A stretch of 43,480 nucleotides of DNA, taken from positions 2,768 through 46,247 of the forward strand of contig CAYNWH010000001.1 in assembly GCA_964400885.1 (NCBI GenBank). The letters run 5' to 3'. How positions within the stretch are numbered: the stretch's first letter is position 1; every line of letters starts with the position of its first letter. Under the pieces are notes generated by a model. The model had not been told where the DNA came from. It did no database searches and saw only the letters and a list, made by a program, of their open reading frames with translations. Positions 17,510 through 24,840 of the stretch are shown here, one piece after another. Source of the DNA: an uncultured Gammaproteobacteria bacterium (lineage in GTDB: Bacteria; Patescibacteriota; Patescibacteriia; CAIXNZ01). The translations under genes and the position numbers were made by a program.

Positions 17510-19021
17510 ATGGATAAGAATAAAAACAAATTAATTGTTAACTTTTTAAAGGATTTTTCCAGCGATCCTAATTTTAGTTTTGTTAAAAAATTATTAAAAA
17601 ATTTTAAGGAAGCGGAAATTTATTTAGTAGGCGGTAAAATTAGGGATATTTTATTAGAGCGACAATCTTACGATTATGATTTTGTCGTCCGCCATGTGAA
17701 AACCAAAGATTTAGAAAAATTTTTAAGTAAACTAGGCTCAATTGACTTAGTCGGCAAATCTTTTGGCGTTTTTAAGTTTGTACCAAAAAAATATACTGGT
17801 TTTGAAGCTATTGATATTGCCTTGCCCAGAACAGAACACTCTTTTAACACTGGGGGTTATCGCGATTTTGATATTCAATCTGATCCGGAATTGCCCATGG
17901 AGAAAGACTTAGAAAGACGTGACTTTACTATTAACGCCATGGCGCTAAATTTAAGCACCGGCGAACTAATTGATCCTTTTTTCGGTCAAAAGGATTTAGC
18001 TGATAAATTAATTAAAACAGTTGGCAAACCGCAGGATCGCTTTCAAGAAGATTATACCAGGATGTTGCGCGCTATAAGATTTTCCGTGCAATTATATTTT
18101 AAAATTGATCAGCCGACTTATCTGACAATTCAAAAAATGGCAGCTAAAATAAAAACTATTCCGGCTGAACGCATTACAGAAGAATTAGATAAAATTATTA
18201 TGTCGCCTAATGCGGAATTCGGTTTGCAGCTTTTGCAAAAATCAAATTTGTTAAAATATATTATTCCTGAATTGGAACAAGGCGTGGGTGTTTCCCAAAA
18301 CAAAAGCCATATTTACAGCGTATTTACGCATAATGTCAAAGCTCTGGGATTTGCGGCTCAAAGGAATTACAATCTTAATGTCAGATTGGCAGCTTTGCTT
18401 CATGACATTGCCAAACCTCAGGTTAAAAAGGGCGAAGGACCTGGCAGTACTTTTTACAATCATGACATTGCCGGTGCCAAAATTTCCAGAAAAATTCTCC
18501 AGCGTTTAAAATATTCGAACGAAGTCATTGATAAAGTTTCCCATTTAGTCCGCCACCATATGTTTTTTTATTCTTTAGGCACAATTACTGACGCAGCGAT
18601 AAGAAGACTTTTAGTCAGAATCGGACCTGATAATATTAATGAAGCAATTCAATTACGAATTTGCGACCGTTTAGGCATGGGCCGGCCCAAAGCCAAACCT
18701 TACAAGCTGATGGAACTGGAAAAACGTTTGCATGAAGTCCAGTTAGATCCGATTTCTGTAAAAATGTTAAAAGTTAATGGTGAAGATGTGATGAAAACCT
18801 TAAAACTCAAACCCAGCCCAAAAATTGGCTTGCTCTTAAACGCGCTTTTGGCTGAAGTTTTGGAAGATCCAAAAAAAAATAAAAAAGCTTACTTACAAAA
18901 AAGATTAAAGGAACTTAATAAGCTTTCTGATGCCAAATTAAAAGCTACAGCGCCTCAAATAGACAAATACGAACAAGAAAGGAAAAAGGAATATTTTAGT
19001 AAAATTAAATGGGTGGAATAA
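17510..19021 (+). CDS. cca: CCA tRNA nucleotidyltransferase with HD domain
   Basis: YLVGGKIRD..DYDF, DLERRDFTINAMA, FQEDYTRMLRAIRF, LLHDIAKP. Confidence 0.92.
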   Translation: MDKNKNKLIVNFLKDFSSDPNFSFVKKLLKNFKEAEIYLVGGKIRDILLERQSYDYDFVVRHVKTKDLEKFLSKLGSIDLVGKSFGVFKFVPKKYTGFEAIDIALPRTEHSFNTGGYRDFDIQSDPELPMEKDLERRDFTINAMALNLSTGELIDPFFGQKDLADKLIKTVGKPQDRFQEDYTRMLRAIRFSVQLYFKIDQPTYLTIQKMAAKIKTIPAERITEELDKIIMSPNAEFGLQLLQKSNLLKYIIPELEQGVGVSQNKSHIYSVFTHNVKALGFAAQRNYNLNVRLAALLHDIAKPQVKKGEGPGSTFYNHDIAGAKISRKILQRLKYSNEVIDKVSHLVRHHMFFYSLGTITDAAIRRLLVRIGPDNINEAIQLRICDRLGMGRPKAKPYKLMELEKRLHEVQLDPISVKMLKVNGEDVMKTLKLKPSPKIGLLLNALLAEVLEDPKKNKKAYLQKRLKELNKLSDAKLKATAPQIDKYEQERKKEYFSKIKWVE

Positions 19022-19025
19022 ATCA

Positions 19026-19946
19026 ATGATTATCAAAATAAAATCAGAAGATACCGATCAGCGTTTAGACAAATTTCTCAGAGATAAACTGCCTATCTCC
19101 CGCAGCCAGATTCAAAAATTAATTAAAGCAGGTGATATTTTAGTTAATGCAAAAAAAGTTACGCCCCATTATTTTTTACAGGCTAATGATAAAATTAACG
19201 TTCCGCAAAAAGAGGTCAAGGAATTAACTAAAGAAAAAAAACTAGAAGCAAATAAAAAAATAAAATTAAAAATAGTTTTTGAAGATGAAAATATTTTAGT
19301 CATTGATAAGCCGGCCGGTTTAATGGTGCATCCGACAGAAAAAATGGAACCAGACACCTTAGTTAACGGCCTATTAGCTTATAATCCGCAAATTAAAAAT
19401 GTCGGCGATGATCCTTTGCGGCCGGGCATTGTTCATCGTTTGGATAAAGCAGTATCAGGTCTGATTTTAGTCTGCAAAAATCAAAAAGCTTTTGATTATT
19501 ACAAACAGCAATTCCAAAATAGAAAAATAAAAAAAATCTATACTGCTTTAGTCCATGGACAGATGGAAAAGCTGGAAGGCGAAATTAATCTGCCCATTGA
19601 ACGCGCCAAAGGCAAAGGCAAAATGGCAGTTAAGCCCATTTCCCAAGGTGGCAAAGAAGCAATTACCAAGTATGTAGTTATTAAGCAATTCAAAAACTTT
19701 GCTTTGCTGGAGGTGGAAATTCTAACCGGCCGCACTCACCAAATTCGTGCTCATTTGAATGCTATTCAGCATCCGGTTGTGGGCGATAAATTGTATAAAC
19801 AAAAAAATGTCAAAGAATCATTAGCGCTGGATCGGCCTTTTTTGCATTCAACAATTCTAAGTTTCACTGATATGCAGGGTAAATGCCAGGAATTCAAATC
19901 AAAACTCCCTGCAAAGCTAGAAAAAATAATTAAAGAATTAAAATAG
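19026..19946 (+). CDS. RluA/RluD family pseudouridine synthase
   Basis: S4 domain QRLDKFL, DKPAGLMVHP, GIVHRLDK, TGRTHQIRAH. Confidence 0.95.
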   Translation: MIIKIKSEDTDQRLDKFLRDKLPISRSQIQKLIKAGDILVNAKKVTPHYFLQANDKINVPQKEVKELTKEKKLEANKKIKLKIVFEDENILVIDKPAGLMVHPTEKMEPDTLVNGLLAYNPQIKNVGDDPLRPGIVHRLDKAVSGLILVCKNQKAFDYYKQQFQNRKIKKIYTALVHGQMEKLEGEINLPIERAKGKGKMAVKPISQGGKEAITKYVVIKQFKNFALLEVEILTGRTHQIRAHLNAIQHPVVGDKLYKQKNVKESLALDRPFLHSTILSFTDMQGKCQEFKSKLPAKLEKIIKELK

Positions 19947-19950
19947 CCCT

Positions 19951-20568
19951 ATGCCCAAGGCCCAAAGCTCAAAGCTTATTATTACCATTTCCGGCGACCC
20001 GGGCAGCGGCAAATCAACGATTGCCAAAGAACTGGCTAAGAAATTGAAGGCCAAGCGTATTTATGTCGGCGAAATTCGAAGAAAGCTTGCCAAACAAAAA
20101 GGCCTGACTTTAGAACAATTAAACCAATATGCGCAAACCCATCCGGAAACTGATGTTGATATTGATAAAAAAGTAGCGAAGGAAGCTAGGCATCTCGCCA
20201 AAAAATATCCAGTCATTGTAGAAGGCCGTACTCAATTTCATTTTATTCCCGAATCATTCAAGCTCTATATAAAAGTTAATCTTAATGAAGCCACGAAAAG
20301 GATCTGGAAGGAAATGCAATCTAAAACTGCCAAAGCTGCCCGCAATGAAGGCAATATTAATTCTTTAGCTCAGCTTAAAAAATCCATTAAAGCAAGGATT
20401 GCCAATGATAAAAAAAGATACAAAAAATATTACAATATAGACCATACTAAAAAATCTAATTATGACTTTGTCTTAGATACGACTAAACTGACAAAAAGAC
20501 AGCAAATTAATAAAGTCTGGCAGAAAATAAAAGCCTTGACCCGCCGCTCAAGAGCGGCGCGGTCTTGA
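19951..20568 (+). CDS. cmk: Cytidylate kinase (archaeal-type family)
   Basis: ITISGDPGSGKSTIAK, VIVEGR, RYKKYYNID, YDFVLDT. Confidence 0.85.
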   Translation: MPKAQSSKLIITISGDPGSGKSTIAKELAKKLKAKRIYVGEIRRKLAKQKGLTLEQLNQYAQTHPETDVDIDKKVAKEARHLAKKYPVIVEGRTQFHFIPESFKLYIKVNLNEATKRIWKEMQSKTAKAARNEGNINSLAQLKKSIKARIANDKKRYKKYYNIDHTKKSNYDFVLDTTKLTKRQQINKVWQKIKALTRRSRAARS

Positions 20569-20593
20569 CGAATAAAATAAAATAAGCTAAAAT
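20535..20593 (+). promoter_or_regulatory. Palindrome flanked by a CTTGAC duplication, plus rplS promoter
   Basis: cttgac-cc gccgctc aa gagcggc gcggt-cttgac; TTGACG(20565-20570)-17-TAAAAT. Confidence 0.65.
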
Positions 20594-20706
20594 AGATGAT
20601 ATCTTAAACACTAAATAATAACCACGAAAAACTCACGAAAAATTTAGTGTTTTTTGTGTCCCGAAGGGATCCCTTTGGGATAAAATTTTCGTGGTTCAGC
20701 AACTAT

Positions 20707-21069
20707 ATGGCAAAATCTAAAAAGCAAGAAGAAAAAAAAATCATTGACAAGACAGAAGTTAAGCCAGGCATGATTATTCGTATACATCAAAAAATTAAGG
20801 ATATCACCGCTAAGGGCGAAGAAAAAGAAAGGATTCAGGTTTATGAAGGTCTGGTCATTGCCAGAAAACATGGCAAAGAAACTGGTTCTACAATCACGGT
20901 CAGAAAAATCAGCGAAGGCATTGGCGTAGAAAAAATTTTCCCTTTAAATTCTCCTCTTATCGATAAAATAGAATTGGTTGATCAAAAAGCAGTCAGACGA
21001 TCAAAACTTTATTACACTCGAACTTATAAAAAGAGATTAAAATCAGTTACTGAAAAAAAAGCCAGATAA
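20707..21069 (+). CDS. rplS: 50S ribosomal protein L19
   Basis: KERIQVYEGLVI, TITVRKISEGIGVEKIFP, VRRSKLYY; start reassigned to ATG 20707. Confidence 0.97.
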   Translation: MAKSKKQEEKKIIDKTEVKPGMIIRIHQKIKDITAKGEEKERIQVYEGLVIARKHGKETGSTITVRKISEGIGVEKIFPLNSPLIDKIELVDQKAVRRSKLYYTRTYKKRLKSVTEKKAR

Positions 21070-21074
21070 AAAGA

Positions 21075-21099
21075 AAAACGAGGCCGAGGCCTCGTTTTT
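21075..21099. terminator. Bidirectional terminator
   Basis: aaaacgaggcc-ga-ggcctcgttttt between convergent genes. Confidence 0.8.
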
Positions 21100-21124
21100 A
21101 TAATCTTGAAATAAGGAACGATGT

Positions 21125-21751
21125 TTAAATGGAGATTTTGAAACGCAAGCCCAGGTAATTATCACCGGCCAAATTCGGCGTTTCATTGTAAAACAGCCAG
21201 AGCTTGAACCGGTCCATCTGGACGAACGGTCCGTAAGCGAATTCCTGCGGCGAACTTTCTTCGTAAAGGCCGTAAATTTCCAGGTCCGCGCCCAGCCTCA
21301 TCTTGTCTTTCAGACTGTAGCTGTACTCACTCAGGCTGTAATAGGCATGGGGCGGCAGAGCCGCGTCTTCGTCATGCGATGTGGCCAAAAAAGGCACGTA
21401 ATAGTCGTACTCGGTGAAAAGATAATTCTTGTTCCCGACGTACTCCAGCCAGAGTGATGGCCCGACGCTCCAGCCGGACGGATCGTTCATGGTCATGAGA
21501 AGCGGGTAGATATTGACTTTGCCTGCTTTGATGACTGGTCCGCCATAGCCGAAAAGGATGGGCCAGCCGCTGTTCAGATCGAACATGAAAATGCCGGCGG
21601 CATAGCCGCTGACCGTCTGCTGCTGATCGCCGAAGAAATGGTCCACGGAAATCTGCAGCTGCGAATCCGCGGCCAAATCATTGGCCCGAGCCTGGCCAGC
21701 CAGGCTGACCAGGAACAAACAAGCGATCATCAAGCTCATTACTTTCTTCAT
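21125..21751 (-). CDS. Secreted aromatic/Gly-rich beta-strand protein (possible beta-barrel)
   Basis: Signal peptide ending AGQARA; alternating aromatic strands; C-terminus YLGLRFKISI; GC-rich; SD TAAGGAGG; promoter TTGACA(21833-21828)-17-TAAACT. Confidence 0.75.
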   Translation of the reverse strand: MKKVMSLMIACLFLVSLAGQARANDLAADSQLQISVDHFFGDQQQTVSGYAAGIFMFDLNSGWPILFGYGGPVIKAGKVNIYPLLMTMNDPSGWSVGPSLWLEYVGNKNYLFTEYDYYVPFLATSHDEDAALPPHAYYSLSEYSYSLKDKMRLGADLEIYGLYEESSPQEFAYGPFVQMDRFKLWLFYNETPNLAGDNYLGLRFKISI

Positions 21752-21847
21752 TTAAGTTTCCTCCTTATTTTTTTTCAAAAATCTTGCCGACTATTCGACC
21801 TCATAGTTTAGCAAATTTCCTCTATTTTGTCAATGTAACAAGCGGAG

Positions 21848-22429
21848 TTAATGACGTTTATCAACTAAATCCAGACAAAATTGTTTTTGCCAGGGATCTT
21901 TCACTTCCTCAACAAAACACTGAGCAATTTCCAAGTCTCCTTGCCACTGGTAACCGTATTCAGGAGCTAAAGGGCACAGCTCATTCATGTTGGAAATAGA
22001 TATTGCTCTGACAGTCTGAGTTTGGCCAGCAATCAGAAAAGGCAGCTTAAAGTTTGAGGTAATACAGGCGCTGACCGCTGCCTGAAACTGCCTGGACTTG
22101 GTATCGGTACCAACAAGAAATTTTTTGACTGATCGTTTGTCTGCTGGCAAATAAAATTTGGCTTTGTACGCCACATTATTTACCAATCCGACCAAGGTGA
22201 CTTTTTCGTAAAGAACAACATAGCGCTCACCAGGTCCCCACCAATCAGCCAACCATTCACCGAAACTCAGCTTAGGCCTAATTTCCTGTTTGGCATAATC
22301 AAAAGTTATGCCATCGGTAGTGTGCTCATAAGTAATAAGCAGCATCCCCAGGATCAAACCCATCAAAACTAGAACAAGGACTAACCCAGCCCTTTTCGGT
22401 TCACTCAAATGTTGCCACCAGTTTCTCAT
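21848..22429 (-). CDS. Hypothetical single-pass membrane protein
   Basis: N-terminal TM helix; SD AGGAGGGG; start overlaps the upstream stop. Confidence 0.72.
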   Translation of the reverse strand: MRNWWQHLSEPKRAGLVLVLVLMGLILGMLLITYEHTTDGITFDYAKQEIRPKLSFGEWLADWWGPGERYVVLYEKVTLVGLVNNVAYKAKFYLPADKRSVKKFLVGTDTKSRQFQAAVSACITSNFKLPFLIAGQTQTVRAISISNMNELCPLAPEYGYQWQGDLEIAQCFVEEVKDPWQKQFCLDLVDKRH

Positions 22430-22644
22430 TTTCCCCTCCTTTTTTCAGATATTGCTATCCACTTATCCAATAGAATAAGGAAGCCGTTAAATAGCATTAT
22501 CGTTAAAAAAATCTTACCAGCCAAGGATGAAAAATCCTCTGCATTTTCGATAATTAAAGGAACAGTACTGCCCCCAAAAGCCAGCAAAGAAAAAAATAAC
22601 ACTTTTTCCAAAAACCCTTGTAGCTTTTTGAATTTTTCTTTCAT
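22426..22644 (-). CDS. Small 2-TM membrane protein
   Basis: SD TAAGGAGGGG; two hydrophobic segments. Confidence 0.65.
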   Translation of the reverse strand: MKEKFKKLQGFLEKVLFFSLLAFGGSTVPLIIENAEDFSSLAGKIFLTIMLFNGFLILLDKWIAISEKRRGK

Positions 22645-22687
22645 CAGATCCCCTCCTTATTTCGTCAAGTTTTCTAAAACTCACCAT

Positions 22688-22719
22688 CGTCCGCCATAGC
22701 TCAAAGAGCGAAGGCAGAC
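22688..22719. repeat. REP-like palindrome
   Basis: gtccgcc-ata-gctc aaa gagc-gaa-ggcagac. Confidence 0.65.
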
Positions 22720-22752
22720 CAAGTCTTGATGGGCTTTAGAAAATAGGGATGA

Positions 22753-22953
22753 TTACTCATCCCTGAAATTTGTTTTGTCTTCGGGCACAAAAAGCACTAG
22801 ACTGAAAAATAAAACCGCCAAAAACGATATTACATAGACCACAAAGCCAATGACAAAGAGGGAATAATTACAAATGCCATACTGCATAAGTAATCTTCCA
22901 CTAACCAGCCCTATGACAGAGAAAATCAACAGTATCTTAAGAACTTTTTTCAT
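22753..22953 (-). CDS. Small 2-TM membrane protein
   Basis: Two hydrophobic segments; ATGA overlap with the upstream ORF. Confidence 0.62.
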   Translation of the reverse strand: MKKVLKILLIFSVIGLVSGRLLMQYGICNYSLFVIGFVVYVISFLAVLFFSLVLFVPEDKTNFRDE

Positions 22954-23132
22954 TTCTTTACCTTCTTTTTAAAGTTCAATTTACCTTTAAGCCATTTCAA
23001 AGTTCGGTTAAATTCGTCACTTAATAGGTAAGAAATCACATGAGCTGGAATTGCAACCATCAGTACAGGTATAAGACCATACACAAAAAAGATAAGAATC
23101 AAACATAAAAAACCAGCGATAAGTTCATTCAT
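22950..23132 (-). CDS. Small membrane protein
   Basis: Hydrophobic N-half, basic tail; SD AAGGAGG. Confidence 0.6.
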   Translation of the reverse strand: MNELIAGFLCLILIFFVYGLIPVLMVAIPAHVISYLLSDEFNRTLKWLKGKLNFKKKVKK

Positions 23133-23133
23133 T

Positions 23134-23736
23134 TCAGGCCTCCTTCTTTTTACAGTTAATTTCTGCCAAATATCCCTGAAATTCCTGCCACTTCTTCTGT
23201 TCTGCGGAAGTTATGGAATCAAAATCAACCAGTGTCTGAATTAGCTCAATTGCGTCTAGCTTTTCAACAATCCTCAAGCACTCGTTGTAACCGTCCTCAA
23301 TATAAAATTCAGGCGGTTCGGCTAAAACATAGCTGACAATTTTTTGCAGCAGTTTTATTTTATCCTTTTCGTCAGGGCAGGTAATTTCCAGGCAAAGGAT
23401 CTGAATTGCTGTCAGATTGAGGATCTCGCGCTTGGTGAATTTTTCATCCTTTATTGCTTTGCCCAAAATATCACATGCTTCCCAATCAACAACAATGAGC
23501 GCGAATTGTTCCAAATAAGTCGCCCCAAAATCACGGTCATTGATTTCAAAATCCTTGAAAAAATTGGAAATCAGAAACTCGGCAAGTTCAGCCTGAATTT
23601 CCTGAGGGATTTCTACACGCCTAAGGCACATAAGAATATCCCAGAAACTTAGCCGAATCTCATCGTCCTTAAAAAACTTAAGCAACAATTCCATGAAAAG
23701 CCGATGCACCGAAATTTTCTCCAGTTTTTCTGCCAT
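23134..23736 (-). CDS. Hypothetical acidic helical protein
   Basis: 200-aa ORF; SD GAAAGGAG; promoter TTGACA(23798-23793)-17-TAGTAT. Confidence 0.75.
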   Translation of the reverse strand: MAEKLEKISVHRLFMELLLKFFKDDEIRLSFWDILMCLRRVEIPQEIQAELAEFLISNFFKDFEINDRDFGATYLEQFALIVVDWEACDILGKAIKDEKFTKREILNLTAIQILCLEITCPDEKDKIKLLQKIVSYVLAEPPEFYIEDGYNECLRIVEKLDAIELIQTLVDFDSITSAEQKKWQEFQGYLAEINCKKKEA

Positions 23737-23868
23737 AACTTTCTCCTTTCAATGTACGAATAATAGCTTATACTATCATACATTTTAAATTATGTCAATA
23801 TATTTATATCAAAAAAAAAGCCAAAGTAAGCATAATTAGCCAATTTTTAATATTTCTTATCAAAAATA

Positions 23869-23897
23869 TTGACAAATCAAGATAGACATGATATACT
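23869..23897 (+). promoter_or_regulatory. Sigma70-type promoter of trmB
   Basis: TTGACA-17-TATACT with extended -10 TG. Confidence 0.8.
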
Positions 23898-23918
23898 TAA
23901 AATATTAATTTCTTTATA

Positions 23919-23987
23919 GCGGGTAGCCAAGAGCCCCTGCTCTTGGCACAAAATTCACGAATGGAGCAGGGGCTCCATTCTACCCGT
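23919..23987 (+). ncRNA. Candidate structured 5'-UTR RNA (three-way junction, complementary loops)
   Basis: P1 gcgggta/tacccgt; P2 gccaagagc-CCCT-gctcttggc; P3 gaatggagc-AGGG-gctccattc. Confidence 0.6.
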
Positions 23988-23998
23988 TTTCAAAAACT

Positions 23999-24754
23999 AT
24001 GGACGACAAACTATCACAATTACTTCAAAACATTGGCTTTACTGAAAAAGAAGCCCTGGTTTATCTTGCTTTAATGGCATTAGGCAGCGGCACCGTGACT
24101 GATATTGCTCAGAGAGCTAAACTTAAACGTTCTATTATTTACATACTTTTAGAAGGGCTCATTAAAAGAGGTTATGTTTCAGAATTACCTGAAACAAAAA
24201 TTAACCGCTATATTGCGGCTGAACCCACAAAAATTCTAAATGATTTGAGAAATAAAACTACTGAGTTTAAAAACTTACTGCCCTCTTTATTAGCTGTTTA
24301 CAATAAACCTACCTGGAAACCAAAAATAAATTATTTTGAAGGCAAAGATGCAATAATCAGCGTTTATAGACGAACAGAATTAGCCAAAGAAGCCTATTAT
24401 ATTACTAATATTGAGGCCCTCGCCCAATATATGCCTGAAGAAATTGAACGTTGGATAGATTATTTCCAAAATAAAATATCTCCCGCTACCAAATGTAAAC
24501 AAATTCTTTCAGATACCCCTAAGGCTAGGGATTTTGCTAAAAAAGCCCAGAGTAAAAATGTCCAATTTGAATTTTTGCCAAAAAATTATGACATGAATGT
24601 AGACATCTCCTTATTTGACAATCAAGTTGCTTTAACATCATTAAAAGAACATCTTTTTATTGTTGTCATTGAGTCCAAAGCTCTTTATAATTCCATGAAA
24701 ACAATTTTTGATTTACTGTGGCAACAAGGCATTAAATTAGAAGATTTAAAATAA
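23999..24754 (+). CDS. TrmB family transcriptional regulator
   Basis: LQNIGFTEKEALVYLAL..IAQRAKLKRSIIYILLEGLIKRGYV wHTH; PKINYFEGKD; FDLLW end. Confidence 0.92.
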   Translation: MDDKLSQLLQNIGFTEKEALVYLALMALGSGTVTDIAQRAKLKRSIIYILLEGLIKRGYVSELPETKINRYIAAEPTKILNDLRNKTTEFKNLLPSLLAVYNKPTWKPKINYFEGKDAIISVYRRTELAKEAYYITNIEALAQYMPEEIERWIDYFQNKISPATKCKQILSDTPKARDFAKKAQSKNVQFEFLPKNYDMNVDISLFDNQVALTSLKEHLFIVVIESKALYNSMKTIFDLLWQQGIKLEDLK

Positions 24755-24787
24755 ATTGAAATAAAAAATCAGCGCATGTTTTTAACA

Positions 24788-24818
24788 TGTAGGGACAGAG
24801 CAATGTTCTGTCCCTACA
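24788..24818. repeat. GTAG-type REP palindrome nested in a bidirectional terminator-like inverted repeat (24765-24840)
   Basis: tgtagggacagagcaatgttctgtccctaca inside aaaatcagcgca...tgtgctgatttt. Confidence 0.75.
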
Positions 24819-24840
24819 AAATAAATTTTGTGCTGATTTT

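Noticed and set aside
15617-23736. Prophage or integrated plasmid (ParB plus small orphan ORFs)
   Set aside because: The orphans are interleaved with core genes (cca, rluA, cmk, rplS); no integrase, replication or virion genes.
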